From Pseudomonadota bacterium (lineage in GTDB: Bacteria > Bdellovibrionota_C > UBA2361 > OMII01): 64,000 bases of DNA. The stretch covers positions 42,131 to 106,130 of the forward strand of contig JAYPVM010000003.1 in NCBI GenBank assembly GCA_038134595.1, written 5' to 3'. The notes under the pieces were generated by a model. That model was not told the origin of the DNA. It ran no database searches and saw nothing but the letters and a program-made list of their open reading frames with translations. The position numbers and the translations under genes were made by a program. Position 1 is the stretch's first letter; the number at the start of each line of letters is the position of its first letter. Positions 30,687 through 41,309 of the stretch are shown here, one piece after another.

Positions 30687-31190
30687 GTGACTATGAAGTT
30701 TGTATTAATGGTGTTGTTCGTGCTTTTTTCGCAGGGGGTATTCAGTACGAATTCTTTAGCGGACCAGCATCGAGAGATTCCTCAGGGGGCATCGATGGCG
30801 GATGTCCTAAATCTCTGGGGACAGCCCGAAGAGAAGGTGCTCAAAGAAGTTAAGCACGAAGTGTTCTGGTATTATCCAGATGAAGGGCTGGTGATTTTTA
30901 GAAATGGCCAAGTTCACAGATGGCTCTATCCTCAAAAGTACAGGGCGTTGTCGAGCGATGAGAGTAAGGGAGAGCAGAAGTCTGTTGAGGTCGATATTGA
31001 AGGAGCGAATTTGGTTCGAGACATGGCTGAGGCTGTTCAAGAGAATTCGGTGAGATCCGTGACTGCTGGTGGTGCGCAACCGTTGATTGACAGAAAGCCT
31101 CCATTGCTACGTAATCGCTCTAGGTCAGGTCCTCAAGGAGTTCCGATTGGGGATGATGACACGGATGATGAGGAAGACATCGATGAATAA
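30687..31190 (+). CDS. hypothetical exported protein, BamE/SmpA-like motif, acidic tail
   Basis: Signal peptide, GASMADVLNLWGQP...WYY, C-terminal DDDTDDEEDIDE. Confidence 0.65.
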   Translation: MTMKFVLMVLFVLFSQGVFSTNSLADQHREIPQGASMADVLNLWGQPEEKVLKEVKHEVFWYYPDEGLVIFRNGQVHRWLYPQKYRALSSDESKGEQKSVEVDIEGANLVRDMAEAVQENSVRSVTAGGAQPLIDRKPPLLRNRSRSGPQGVPIGDDDTDDEEDIDE

Positions 31191-31286
31191 ATGCAGTTGC
31201 TTTTTAAGCGCGGCAGCACCAGTGGATAAAGGTTGGCATGGGTGTAGAGCAGGGTCTTTAAGACCTTTTTATATTCTTATCGATTA

Positions 31287-32516
31287 TTAGCGTGGCACTA
31301 GATAAAGAAGGTAGGCTTTGTCCTGCATAACGCCTGCTTCCTGTTGTGCACTCTGACCGCTCCCGCAGAATAGGTCGATATGATCTGTGCCGGTGATGGC
31401 ACCGCCTGAGTCCTGGTCGAGCACAAACCTAGATGTGGTGATGTAGGAGTCTGGATTAGAGGATATGGTTGCCTTGGTGTTTTTGAATATTGGACGTTGA
31501 TACCGAAGAAAAGCGAGTGCTCCTTTGGGAGCAAAGCGTCGGTCAACGGCTATAGTGCGCCCTCCGGTAGCGGGGACTCCCATTGAGGTAATGGAGCGAT
31601 TTTTGGAGCGTTTGAAAAATACATAGCTTGGGTTTTTGTACAACAGAGCATCTCGTTCAGCCGGGCTTAATGTGCGAAGGTGTTGCGTTATCGATTGCAT
31701 CGAGATCATACGTCCAGCGAGAACCTTTTTTAGAAACTTTCCTATAGGTTCATAGCGCCGACCATTTTTATCCGCATATACTAAGTGCATCCGCTTGTTG
31801 CCAGGGAGTTCTACGGTTCCCGATCCTTGAATGTGAAGAAAAAACGCATCAATCGGGTCGACCCACACTAATTCCAATCCTTTGTCTTTTAGTACATTTT
31901 TCCCGTCGATCTCCTCTCTTGTATAAAACGGAATAATGTTGGACCCATGAATCCGACCCTTAAGGGAAGGTGCTTTTTCCAATGCAGAGGAGAATTGAGC
32001 TGGATTTATTGTTAGTAATGTCGGTGGCTTTTTGTATAGTGGATATGAGTGTTTCTGGTTAGGAAAGCGACTACCCTGTAAGACTGGCTCGAAGTACCCG
32101 GTTGCCAGGACTTCTCCCCACTTGTTTCCGCCATAGAATTCAAAAAACTTAAAATGAGAGTCGATGTATCTGTCGATCTCTTCTGAGGATTTTGATGTTA
32201 GAATAGTTTCTCGGAGGCGGCGGAGTGCCATCACGTACTCTCCGTATGGTACTGAAGCAGGGCCGAAGTGCATTAGCTTGTTTTCAGGCAAGGACCGTAA
32301 TGCCGCAATATTCCGAGCAAGGGCCAACTCTAGATCTGCATAGTTCCGATCGTCTTTTATTGCCGGCGCATCCACCTCGCGAAAGGAATCCTGAGGACTC
32401 ATCGGATGTGGGCGTGTGCAAGCAATTTGCGTTGCGATTGCAATGAGAAAAAAAAGAAACCGGAAAAATGTACGCAAAAAAGGGGCAAATAGGAGCGACA
32501 TTTCAAGAGTATACAA
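31287..32516 (-). CDS. mltA: membrane-bound lytic transglycosylase MltA
   Basis: TGYFEP, FFLHIQGSG, NPSYVFF, IAVD, QDSGGAI..HIDLF.G. Confidence 0.92.
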   Translation of the reverse strand: MYTLEMSLLFAPFLRTFFRFLFFLIAIATQIACTRPHPMSPQDSFREVDAPAIKDDRNYADLELALARNIAALRSLPENKLMHFGPASVPYGEYVMALRRLRETILTSKSSEEIDRYIDSHFKFFEFYGGNKWGEVLATGYFEPVLQGSRFPNQKHSYPLYKKPPTLLTINPAQFSSALEKAPSLKGRIHGSNIIPFYTREEIDGKNVLKDKGLELVWVDPIDAFFLHIQGSGTVELPGNKRMHLVYADKNGRRYEPIGKFLKKVLAGRMISMQSITQHLRTLSPAERDALLYKNPSYVFFKRSKNRSITSMGVPATGGRTIAVDRRFAPKGALAFLRYQRPIFKNTKATISSNPDSYITTSRFVLDQDSGGAITGTDHIDLFCGSGQSAQQEAGVMQDKAYLLYLVPR

Positions 32517-32978
32517 GAGCTTGGTGCTATTGAGAAGAGTATATCAAAGAGACAGGTTTGCCCCAAGCTCTCCTGTTTATCAACAGCTACCAACCCCTAG
32601 TGTGGTAAATACCGATAAGGCGAGCTGTAATTGCGCCCCCCCGTTTGTGAGGCTTGAGGGGGTTCGGATGACAGGTATGAGTAGAAGTATATTCGTCACC
32701 TGTTTGGGTGTTTTAACGACAGAGTCGCTTGCTGTGATTGAAAAATAGCGTGCGCCGGCACCACTGTGGGAATTGTTCTTAGGGTGCTTGTCATGAACTC
32801 CATTATATCAAAATTCTTCAGTGCTTCGTAACAGAAGGGTTCTGGTTTATTGCAATTGGAGAATCCTACGGGCACTCATACCCCAAAGAAAAAATGCAAC
32901 CTAATGATAGTAGCGGCATCGTAAGAGAGAGCGCATTGCAGTTCTATAGGCGCTCGAACTCCGTTTTGTTCTGGTTTT

Positions 32979-34604
32979 TTGCGAGGTTGTATGAAGTGGC
33001 ATGTGCTGATGTATCACTCCTTTCTTCTCGGCATGACAATGTGCCTCATTTCTGCTAGCGATTGTTATGCGGCAGGCAAGAGCTCTCCATACCGAACACA
33101 ACTATCAGTAAAGTACATAGACTCACTGTTACAGGATAAGGATTTAAGTGCCTCAAAGAACAGTAAGCGAGGTGTCGAGGTCTCGGGCCGCATCTACGGA
33201 CTTGGGTACATTGATGCGCGTTTTACTCGTCGTCGATTGAAGCGGTGGCGTTCTTTTATGCGTAAGCAGGGGATAGACACAGCGGACCAAATTGAGCCGA
33301 TTCTTTTACAAGGTTCAGTTTCAGTTGGTGGTGGTTGGCGAAAGAAGGGTAAGCGGGTATATCCTACGTCGGCTTCGATCATCGGAAATGAGTTGAAAAT
33401 GACGTTTCCTGGCAGAATTAGGGGAAAAGCCAAGCGTCGACAAAGAGTGTATACGATTCGGATAAAAATGGACGGTTCAATCTCGGTTCGCGCTCGAGTA
33501 AGAAGTATTCCGCGGGCGATTGGTCGGATGGGTGCCTGTGGGTCAGCTGGGGAAAGTCTCGTACACTCTGCCGCTGCTGAAGCTGCACAGGTATTAGATG
33601 ACGAAGCCGTCATATTGCCGATTGAAGACGGTGCTGATACTGAGCTATTCAAAGTGGTGACAATAAGCACAGATGCAGATCCTGCATGGTATCGACTGTA
33701 TGGAGACAAGAGCAATGCAGTAATAGCCAGCATTATAAACGACGCAGAAGCGATTTATAGTCGGCAATTAGGGATACGCTTTAGAATCGTCAAGCAACAC
33801 GTATATACGGACGGGTCGCCTTACGGAACCGACGATGCTGGAGCGATGTTATCTCGATTTACTAGAAACCGCGAAAATAAGGATAATTTAGGGGAAAACC
33901 CAGCTACATTCGACCGGGATGTTGATATCAAGCATCTCTTCACGGGGCGAGATTTTAATGGAGGTGTTATTGGAATTGCATATATCGGAGTGGTATGTTC
34001 CGTACCTACCTTATCGTATGGAGTAACGCAGCATTATATGGATATAGCTGATGCTGGAATTTTTGCACATGAATTGGGTCATAATTTTGGTGCTCAACAC
34101 GACTCGAGCCGTCGAGATGCTATCATGTATCCGAGTATCTCAGTGCCGCCCGCAATGGATTTTTCAACTGTTTCTGTTGGAGAGATTCAGACTCATTTAA
34201 ATAAATATAACACATGCATTTCACTAGAAGAGATGGAGTCGTTACCAGGCGACCCAGAGGAGAGGCCTTCTCCAGAGGATCCTCAAGAGCCGAGTTTAGT
34301 GGGAGCTTCCCTCAAGGTGCGACGTAACCGAGTACGCGCTTCGCAACGCCCGATGCTTCGTCTGCGAGGACAACTCACGAGCGCAGATGGTAAGGGATTA
34401 GGAGCAGTACCGATCAGTCTTTTTGTTGCTGGGGAAGAGGTCGCCCAGGGGATTACGGATCCTGATGGCAGCGTTAAGTTTTTCGTCCGTTTGCTTGTTC
34501 CTCGGCATGAAAAAGTGTACGTATATCTCGAAACAATGAATGGAGATGTTTTTTCTAATTTCCTATGGATGGGACACACTGCCGATAGTAGACGGCGTTC
34601 CTGA
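32979..34604 (+). CDS. secreted reprolysin-like (M12B) zinc metalloprotease
   Basis: HELGHNFGAQH zinc motif, IM Met-turn, GIAYIG..C, upstream CG cysteine-switch candidate. Confidence 0.88.
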   Translation: MRGCMKWHVLMYHSFLLGMTMCLISASDCYAAGKSSPYRTQLSVKYIDSLLQDKDLSASKNSKRGVEVSGRIYGLGYIDARFTRRRLKRWRSFMRKQGIDTADQIEPILLQGSVSVGGGWRKKGKRVYPTSASIIGNELKMTFPGRIRGKAKRRQRVYTIRIKMDGSISVRARVRSIPRAIGRMGACGSAGESLVHSAAAEAAQVLDDEAVILPIEDGADTELFKVVTISTDADPAWYRLYGDKSNAVIASIINDAEAIYSRQLGIRFRIVKQHVYTDGSPYGTDDAGAMLSRFTRNRENKDNLGENPATFDRDVDIKHLFTGRDFNGGVIGIAYIGVVCSVPTLSYGVTQHYMDIADAGIFAHELGHNFGAQHDSSRRDAIMYPSISVPPAMDFSTVSVGEIQTHLNKYNTCISLEEMESLPGDPEERPSPEDPQEPSLVGASLKVRRNRVRASQRPMLRLRGQLTSADGKGLGAVPISLFVAGEEVAQGITDPDGSVKFFVRLLVPRHEKVYVYLETMNGDVFSNFLWMGHTADSRRRS

Positions 34605-34637
34605 GATAGACGGTGAGCAAAATACAGGGAGTACTGT

Positions 34638-35015
34638 ATGTCGGATGATTATGGAAAACTTGAGGAGGGGCTACTTCAGGCAATGCAGGCACTCGATAAT
34701 CAAATAGCTCGAGCGATGCAACGAAGCCCCGCAGAGCAAGAGACAGAGGGGGTCCAAAAATGGAAGCCCTACAATGTGCGAATAGAGCGGATAACAACGA
34801 CAATTCTACAAGAGCTTGCCGAGAACACCATCTCTTTGGATTCTCTTTTGGTGTGTGCACAATCATTTTCCAAGGCGCTTTATCTGCTTGTGAGTGAGCT
34901 TGAGGCAGAGGGCTTGGGGAAAGTTCGTTCAGAGTACTGTCGAGATGCCATGCAAAAAATTAGAAATGATGCAGATCGAGCTTTAAGAGAGCTTGATACT
35001 CCCGAGCTTGTGTGA
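34638..35015 (+). CDS. hypothetical protein
   Basis: 125-aa ORF with GGGAG RBS, helical; no family recognised. Confidence 0.7.
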   Translation: MSDDYGKLEEGLLQAMQALDNQIARAMQRSPAEQETEGVQKWKPYNVRIERITTTILQELAENTISLDSLLVCAQSFSKALYLLVSELEAEGLGKVRSEYCRDAMQKIRNDADRALRELDTPELV

Positions 35016-35105
35016 CAGCGAATTGAGTTGTCTTAAGCGGTCTGGTCTCCAACCTAACGAAACTCATGTGGTAGCATTATTATCCATGCTACCGTTTGCT
35101 CTATT

Positions 35106-36233
35106 GTGAGAATTCTTCATTGTATAACAGGCTTAACTGGTGATGGCGCACAACGGATGTTGTTGCGCCTATCAAGTGTGATGCACGCTAACGGCACTGA
35201 GTCAATTATAGTAAACCTGGGCCCAGTTACTCCACTAGTAGAGCAATTTCGTGCGAGCGGGGTACCTGTGATGTCTCTAGGAATGGTTCCATCGTGGCGA
35301 GAATTATCGCGGGGGCTTTCCTTGCTTCGTGCCGAAATACGGAAGTATAAACCAACGATCATTCAGGGATGGATGTATCACGGTAATCTCATGGTAACGT
35401 TGGCGAGCTTGTTCAGCAATTCACACTCAAGAGTTTTTTGGAATATCAGACGGAGTCTCGATGATGTTTCTAAGCTTAGCAAGCGGACCCAGAGTGTAAT
35501 TGGGGCGAATCGATGGTTGTCATGGCATCCTGAAGGAGTCATATACTGCTCGCACGAGAGTGGTGAACAGCATAAACATTACGGGTTTTCGGCGAAGCAT
35601 GCACATGTGATTGAAAATGGCTTCGATACGAAGCGATTTTCGCTCTCTTCGGATGTTAGAAGTATGACTCGAAATCGCCTCGGTATTGACGATAATCAGG
35701 TCGTCATCGGTTGTGTGGCTCGGTATGACCCAGCAAAAGGACACATATATCTTTTACGTGCCTTATCGATTGTTTGTGCAGACCGCCCCAATGTTCGAGT
35801 TGTTTTGGTTGGGCGAAATGTTGATGAACAAAACCGAGAGTTGATGGAGAGCATTCATGAGCATGGTCTTGGTACATTCGTGAAGCTTTTAGGGGAGCAG
35901 GATGCGATTGAATCGATCTATTCAGCACTTGATGTTTACTGCTCGCCCTCGATTAATGAGGGGTTTCCTAATGTGATTTCCGAAGCGATGTTGATGGGGT
36001 TACTCTGCGTGGTAACTGATACAGGAGCTTCGATGAGGCTTGTCGGTGATTCCGGATTTTCGGTTCCAACCGGTGATGTTGAAGCATTGGCGCATGCCTT
36101 ATTAAAAGCAGTTGATACGGAACCTGCCCAGCGTCATAGTATGGGTCGACGGGCGCGGAGTATTATAGTCGATAACTATGGAATGAATGGAACGGTTCAG
36201 CAGTATACCGCTCTGTATCAGTCTTTATTGTAG
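35106..36233 (+). CDS. glycosyltransferase family 4
   Basis: GAQRML, QGWMYH, KGH, EGFPNVISEAM. Confidence 0.92.
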   Translation: MRILHCITGLTGDGAQRMLLRLSSVMHANGTESIIVNLGPVTPLVEQFRASGVPVMSLGMVPSWRELSRGLSLLRAEIRKYKPTIIQGWMYHGNLMVTLASLFSNSHSRVFWNIRRSLDDVSKLSKRTQSVIGANRWLSWHPEGVIYCSHESGEQHKHYGFSAKHAHVIENGFDTKRFSLSSDVRSMTRNRLGIDDNQVVIGCVARYDPAKGHIYLLRALSIVCADRPNVRVVLVGRNVDEQNRELMESIHEHGLGTFVKLLGEQDAIESIYSALDVYCSPSINEGFPNVISEAMLMGLLCVVTDTGASMRLVGDSGFSVPTGDVEALAHALLKAVDTEPAQRHSMGRRARSIIVDNYGMNGTVQQYTALYQSLL

Positions 36234-36300
36234 TCGATAATGAGCACTCTGTGACATCGACGGGACTGGAACGTTGTATCTTTATTTCATTGCTGAGTGG

Positions 36301-37770
36301 CTAATCGAGATAGAGGGCGTCAGCGAGAGCTTGCCTCACCGCCTTAAAGGTAATTATATCTTGTTGTTCCTCGTCGAATTGTGCTTTTTCATTTGATTCT
36401 AGGTATAGCACGCCAACTTTTCTGTTCTCACCCAAAGAGCCGTACATGCCGGTAACACCAGAGTCTTCCTGCTCAGAGCCTCGCGCGATGACCGGCTGAG
36501 TGCAGGCTAGCGCAGTAGCGGCTAAGTCAGAGCTGTAGTGTTGGGAAATAATATTCTCTGTATAGAGTAAGTTTGTTTCTGCATCGGTGGCAGCAACATT
36601 AAGTGCTACCGGACGTATGTCGCGGAGTTTGACCGAGCCAAAAACGGTCCTGGGCGATAATGAAATAGAAGCGGGATCGATAACGAAAACACATCCGCCG
36701 GTAAATCCAGCGTCGGGAAACACCTCTCGAACGAGAGATTCTAGGACGTCGCGGGTGGTATCGACACTTCCCATGAGTGCGTAGAGGGATTTTAGCGCCG
36801 CCTGAACTTCTTTTGGACATTGTGGGAGATATTTGTTTCGTTTGGAGGCTCTCTTTTTTCTGTGGTCTTTAATTTGGAGCTCAGGGTTAAATTCCTGGAG
36901 TGATGTAAATAATGTCGAAAGGCTTGATTCATACTCCTGAGAGCGCTCCAGGGCTCTCTCTCGGATAAGATCTATTGCACCCTGCCCGATAGTTTCTTTT
37001 AAATAGGATTGAGCGTGTTCCCAGTCGTGTTCTGCTGATGGATATCGTTCAGGATGCTCTGCTCGGGCAAGAGCCGCCCCGATTTCGCAGAGTTGGTCGT
37101 ACGTTTTTGAGATAAGAGAGGTATTTTCGTCGACCTGTTGTGTATCAGAACTCTCGGAGGAGTGAAGTACTCGTATGGCCAAAAGAGCAGGTGAAAATCC
37201 CAATTCCTCAGTTAGTCTCTTCTCCAGTGAGACCCCTTCAGGCAGGGATTTTATAACGCGTCCGAACATGGTTGGGTAGTTCCATGCAATGAGGTTGAGC
37301 CCAATCTCACGGATTATGCCGGCGCAGAATCCTTCGGATGAGTCTAGGTTTTTCTTTTCTCCCAGGACTTCAGCTGTACTTGCGATGATAGTCGTCTCTC
37401 GAAGTCGGTCAGCTTGAAAGGATTCAAGCGATTCGAGTAGGTGATTGTTTGGTAGATCGGAATCGTTTTGAAAAATAGAGCAGATGCGATCACTACCTGC
37501 CCACGATAACAAGGTGATCGGATTCTGTATTGACTCGTCCGAGAGCCCAACTTCTTTAGCGGTAGGTATAAGATGCTTAACAACAAAGCTAAAAAGTGCA
37601 AAGTCTTTCCGTAAATCTTCAATCAGTGTTCTTACGTCATTATCGTACGCTCCCTCTTCATGCTTTGCCCGAATGGAATGCACGATTTCCATGTTGAAAG
37701 GAAACCACAACGATGAGACGTGTTCCGTCGCTTTTTCAAGTCGACGGTTAATCGTTTTCTTTTTGTCCAT
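36301..37770 (-). CDS. divergent HDOD-domain signalling protein with possible C-terminal GAF-like region
   Basis: DFAL...G.D.I and F.AGIIREIG (HDOD GLLHDIG equivalent); C-terminal VGVLYLE; start set at MDKKK. Confidence 0.65.
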   Translation of the reverse strand: MDKKKTINRRLEKATEHVSSLWFPFNMEIVHSIRAKHEEGAYDNDVRTLIEDLRKDFALFSFVVKHLIPTAKEVGLSDESIQNPITLLSWAGSDRICSIFQNDSDLPNNHLLESLESFQADRLRETTIIASTAEVLGEKKNLDSSEGFCAGIIREIGLNLIAWNYPTMFGRVIKSLPEGVSLEKRLTEELGFSPALLAIRVLHSSESSDTQQVDENTSLISKTYDQLCEIGAALARAEHPERYPSAEHDWEHAQSYLKETIGQGAIDLIRERALERSQEYESSLSTLFTSLQEFNPELQIKDHRKKRASKRNKYLPQCPKEVQAALKSLYALMGSVDTTRDVLESLVREVFPDAGFTGGCVFVIDPASISLSPRTVFGSVKLRDIRPVALNVAATDAETNLLYTENIISQHYSSDLAATALACTQPVIARGSEQEDSGVTGMYGSLGENRKVGVLYLESNEKAQFDEEQQDIITFKAVRQALADALYLD

Positions 37771-38217
37771 GCACGCCTCTTGTTTGCTGGTATTTTGCTT
37801 ACCACAGAGAATGACGGCAATTAGGGAGGAAAACTTGAGGGTTTGTCTTCCAGCCATTCTGGATTGTTTTAGGGGGGTTATGTTCTGTTATACGTGTTTT
37901 ATTTTTTCTAACGTGCTCCGGAGACTGATGTTGTGCCGTTAAAGCTACATTGGCTGGTGTATTGCGGGCACTCGCTGAGTGACGTGACCGGGCTCTTTGG
38001 TGTTGTACTACAATGGAGCTCTGCTGTATTCTGGCTTCAAATGCTCCTCTTGTATATGTCTTGTTGTAAGATCCCGTTAGAGTGGGGGAGATATTCTTTT
38101 TCTGAGCCACATTCACTTTCAAGTAACATCGCCCAGATGTGGTAATTTAAAATATCTGCGCTAATGGATTGCCTGTTATGGTAATCCGCTTGCGATACGG
38201 TGCCTTGACCTGTTCGT

Positions 38218-38904
38218 TTAGCGGAGAGCTTGCATGATTGAATCGAGTTTATCGATCGTAATCTGCCCAGCGGCTGATTGATTTGATTGTTCTGGAGGTG
38301 TCAATATCATTTCATTACCCCATTGCGCACCAAAAACACGGGTTATCATGCCGTGTTTACCTAGACCTAAGACTACGCATCTTTTACCGGCCTCTCGCAG
38401 CTCAATTAAAAGCGAAAGTAGACGTAGAGCGTCTCGCTGAATAGCGCAAAAGGTGGCAATTTTGGTAATATGAGCGCCCCAAATGCTCATGCGCTCAATA
38501 ATTGAGCGCAACTCCGTGTCTGACGGTGTCTGACGATAGTTGTGATATGATAGGATTGTTTTGAGCGAAAATTTTGAGAGATTTGTTATATCGTCCGCTT
38601 GTGAGGTGATATCGAAGTCAACAAGGGTGGGTTTCCTAGATAGCGTCTTGAGGATTTCAAAGCGCTTGGATTCTGAGAGCTCGATGGTAGCAAGATTCTT
38701 TCGGCGAAAGATAAAAATTAATCGATGTGGATATTGTCCGACCAGAGAGGACGCAAAGCCGCGGTCCAGGTCTTCGATATAGTCAAGCCATATTTCGGCA
38801 TATCGATAAGATGAAAGGCTTTCCTGAACAGCAGTCGTAACCAAACTCCGCGAACTTTCTATGATTGGCAGACAATATCTGTTAGGGCTCTGATGAGGTT
38901 TCAT
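38218..38904 (-). CDS. aroD: type I 3-dehydroquinate dehydratase
   Basis: EIWLDY, LVDFD, ILSYHNY..TP, ITKIA (Schiff-base Lys), A.GQI. Confidence 0.85.
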   Translation of the reverse strand: MKPHQSPNRYCLPIIESSRSLVTTAVQESLSSYRYAEIWLDYIEDLDRGFASSLVGQYPHRLIFIFRRKNLATIELSESKRFEILKTLSRKPTLVDFDITSQADDITNLSKFSLKTILSYHNYRQTPSDTELRSIIERMSIWGAHITKIATFCAIQRDALRLLSLLIELREAGKRCVVLGLGKHGMITRVFGAQWGNEMILTPPEQSNQSAAGQITIDKLDSIMQALR

Positions 38905-39303
38905 GCGTCGTGTCTGTAAGTATGAAGTTTTTTTGTACTGGAATTTGACAAAATTCGTTAGTTACCCCGTATTTGACCGATTGCAATCTGTTGGAGAGTA
39001 AGGGAGAGAGTTTCCCTTTAACACCCTATGATAAACAGATGATTCAGTCATACTTCGGGATCACTATATAACTAACCTGGGGGTGAGTATAACGTAACGT
39101 GGCTGATTGGTCACGCGGCACAGAGGGTTTTTCTTAATTGTTTTTAAAAGATTTGGGATGACATTTATTGCGCAGGTGTTTTTTAGGCTTGACATGAGTC
39201 GGACTATTGGCGGCCCGATGTCGTGAGGTAGCACCTCAGACTTGGAGGCGCCTCTCAAGCTTAAGGGGCATGGGCGAGCCGGGGCGCACATCTCGAATAG
39301 ACA

Positions 39304-39732
39304 TTATCTTTTCAAAGAGGCGCGAAACGCCTTTGTAAATGACACAGTAAGAATGAGGCTTATGATGAGAGCGATAATTGAGCCTCCCGCTTGCAAAGGT
39401 AGCGCGTATTGGTTGCAGACAGTGGCGAGTGGGTCAAGCCACGTAAATGATGCAGTTTTAGATGTGTGACAGTATGTACAGAAATCAAAGATGCCGGGAA
39501 CTCGTGTTACGATCGGCGAGCTTTTGTCGCAGGCCACAGGAGAGGTCATCGAGCACGTTGCAGTTAGTCGGCGGAGAAGAAGCCCGACTTGCAGAAGAGA
39601 AAAGAAGGTAGAGCCCACAAGTTTTATCATCCAACCCGTTTGTGAAAAGCTCTTATATCTCCATACCGCGATGACGAAGCAGACCGGAAGTATTGCTAGG
39701 AGCGCTTCTGATATTTCAATTAGCCAGACCAT
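39304..39732 (-). CDS. hypothetical 3-TM membrane protein with Cys-rich loop and CxxCH
   Basis: Three hydrophobic segments, CTYCH in the loop; GGAG-rich RBS before ATG at 39732. Confidence 0.6.
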   Translation of the reverse strand: MVWLIEISEALLAILPVCFVIAVWRYKSFSQTGWMIKLVGSTFFSLLQVGLLLRRLTATCSMTSPVACDKSSPIVTRVPGIFDFCTYCHTSKTASFTWLDPLATVCNQYALPLQAGGSIIALIISLILTVSFTKAFRASLKR

Positions 39733-40211
39733 AAATTCTCTCTCTCCAGAAGCGGGGGGATGGTCGTTGCGGAGTAACGAAGTCCATCCCAGCTTGTGTC
39801 TTGTATGATACAAGATGTGGTATAACTCTTTTTAGGAGAGTCGGAAAAGCCTCTTATGTCAAATAATCTTAGCGTTGGGCGGGGCTCCGACAGGAAGCTG
39901 TGAACGCAATTCGAAAGACTTGTAATTTTAGGTGGTTCCAACGAATATGTGAAGATTAGGCAGTAAATTTAGAAGTCTCGACTGCCGAAGCTAGCGTGCC
40001 TTCGGCGAGGGAGATACGTAAGCACCCGACCATGACAGGGTAACTAGGTGATTATTGCTAATAGATTGGTGAGGTGTTTTCTACTAGCAATGTAATGCGC
40101 CGATTTCGTGTGGCAAGCCTCCATTTCTCAAATTTTTCTGACCAGGAAGCAAGATGGTGTCGTCAATTGGTGTCCGGTGCGAGTAGAAGTAATCTCCTAT
40201 ACACACAAAGT

Positions 40212-41309
40212 CTACGGCTGAAGCTTTGCGATTGTTTCAAGTACGATGTCGTCAGCTACTGTGCAATTAACCGCAACAGTGCCGATGGCATTGAGCAATG
40301 TCCATTGTATTTGACCCCCAATATTTTTTTTGTCGGCACGGGCTTTTTTCAGCAGTTGTTCAGGATCACAGGTTTCTGGTAGGGACAGAGGTAGTCCAGC
40401 TGCTTTGATTCCCCGTTCGATCGTGTGATGCACCTCTTCTGAGATGCGACCAAGGCGAAATGAAATCCAGCTTGCAGCAATCATACCTATCGAGACGGCC
40501 TCTCCGTGCGTGAGGATCGTCGGCTTATTGAGAAAGAGTGACTCGATGGCATGCCCAAGAGTGTGCCCAAAATTAAGTGCTTTTCGTTGATAACTTTCAG
40601 TGCCATCAGATGAAACGATATCTGCCTTGATAACACAAGATTCGCGGATAATTTCCATAAGCTCTCTTTTGTTCCATTCTGAGTATGGTTTTGAGGTGAC
40701 ATGTTCGAAGTAATTCGCATTAGCGATTAGCCCGTGTTTGACCACTTCGGCAAAGCCTGAAAGTAGCTCTCGTTGGGGCAAATGCTCTAAATGTTTGATG
40801 TCGGAAATAATGGCCACCGGGTGCTGGGTGGAGCCAATTAGATTTTTGACGTTTCGATAATTGATTCCATTTTTACCACCAATTCCGGCATCGACCTGTG
40901 CCAGTAAAGTGGTTGGCACAAAAGCTTGTGCCACGCCTCGCATGAATGTAGATGCCGCAAATCCAACGGTATCAGTAATACTTCCACCGCCGATTCCGAT
41001 AACTAAGCTTTTTTTATCCACGTGTTGATCTGCGAAGAAGTTCCACAGTTTTTCGGTACACGAGAGTTCTTTGATACGTTCGCCGCCATCGAGATAGAAA
41101 AGTGCTGATGGAGAGAGGAAACCACTCTCAATAATAGAGTGCATGTATGTCTCCACAATCCGATCCGCTACTACAACTACTTTCGAAAACTGTTTTGACA
41201 AGAGTGCCTCTAACTCAGGTCTAAGTATGTTGTTTCCGATGACGATCCGTGTCGTGTGCGCAGTTTTAGACACATCAAGTGAGATGGTGTGAGGTTTGCT
41301 TGATTCCAT
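40212..41309 (-). CDS. aroB: 3-dehydroquinate synthase
   Basis: GGGSITD, PTTLLAQVDAGIGGKNG, LNFGHTLGHA, HGEAV. Confidence 0.97.
   Translation of the reverse strand: MESSKPHTISLDVSKTAHTTRIVIGNNILRPELEALLSKQFSKVVVVADRIVETYMHSIIESGFLSPSALFYLDGGERIKELSCTEKLWNFFADQHVDKKSLVIGIGGGSITDTVGFAASTFMRGVAQAFVPTTLLAQVDAGIGGKNGINYRNVKNLIGSTQHPVAIISDIKHLEHLPQRELLSGFAEVVKHGLIANANYFEHVTSKPYSEWNKRELMEIIRESCVIKADIVSSDGTESYQRKALNFGHTLGHAIESLFLNKPTILTHGEAVSIGMIAASWISFRLGRISEEVHHTIERGIKAAGLPLSLPETCDPEQLLKKARADKKNIGGQIQWTLLNAIGTVAVNCTVADDIVLETIAKLQP

Noticed and set aside
32755..32780. Cobalamin-riboswitch-like CCACTG-TGGGAA
   Set aside because: The other conserved B12-element blocks are missing and the downstream gene is a protease
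38745..38790. c-di-GMP-I riboswitch-like string GGACGCAAAGCC
   Set aside because: It is antisense within aroD and lacks the upstream GGCAAA/GAAA-tetraloop P2 element
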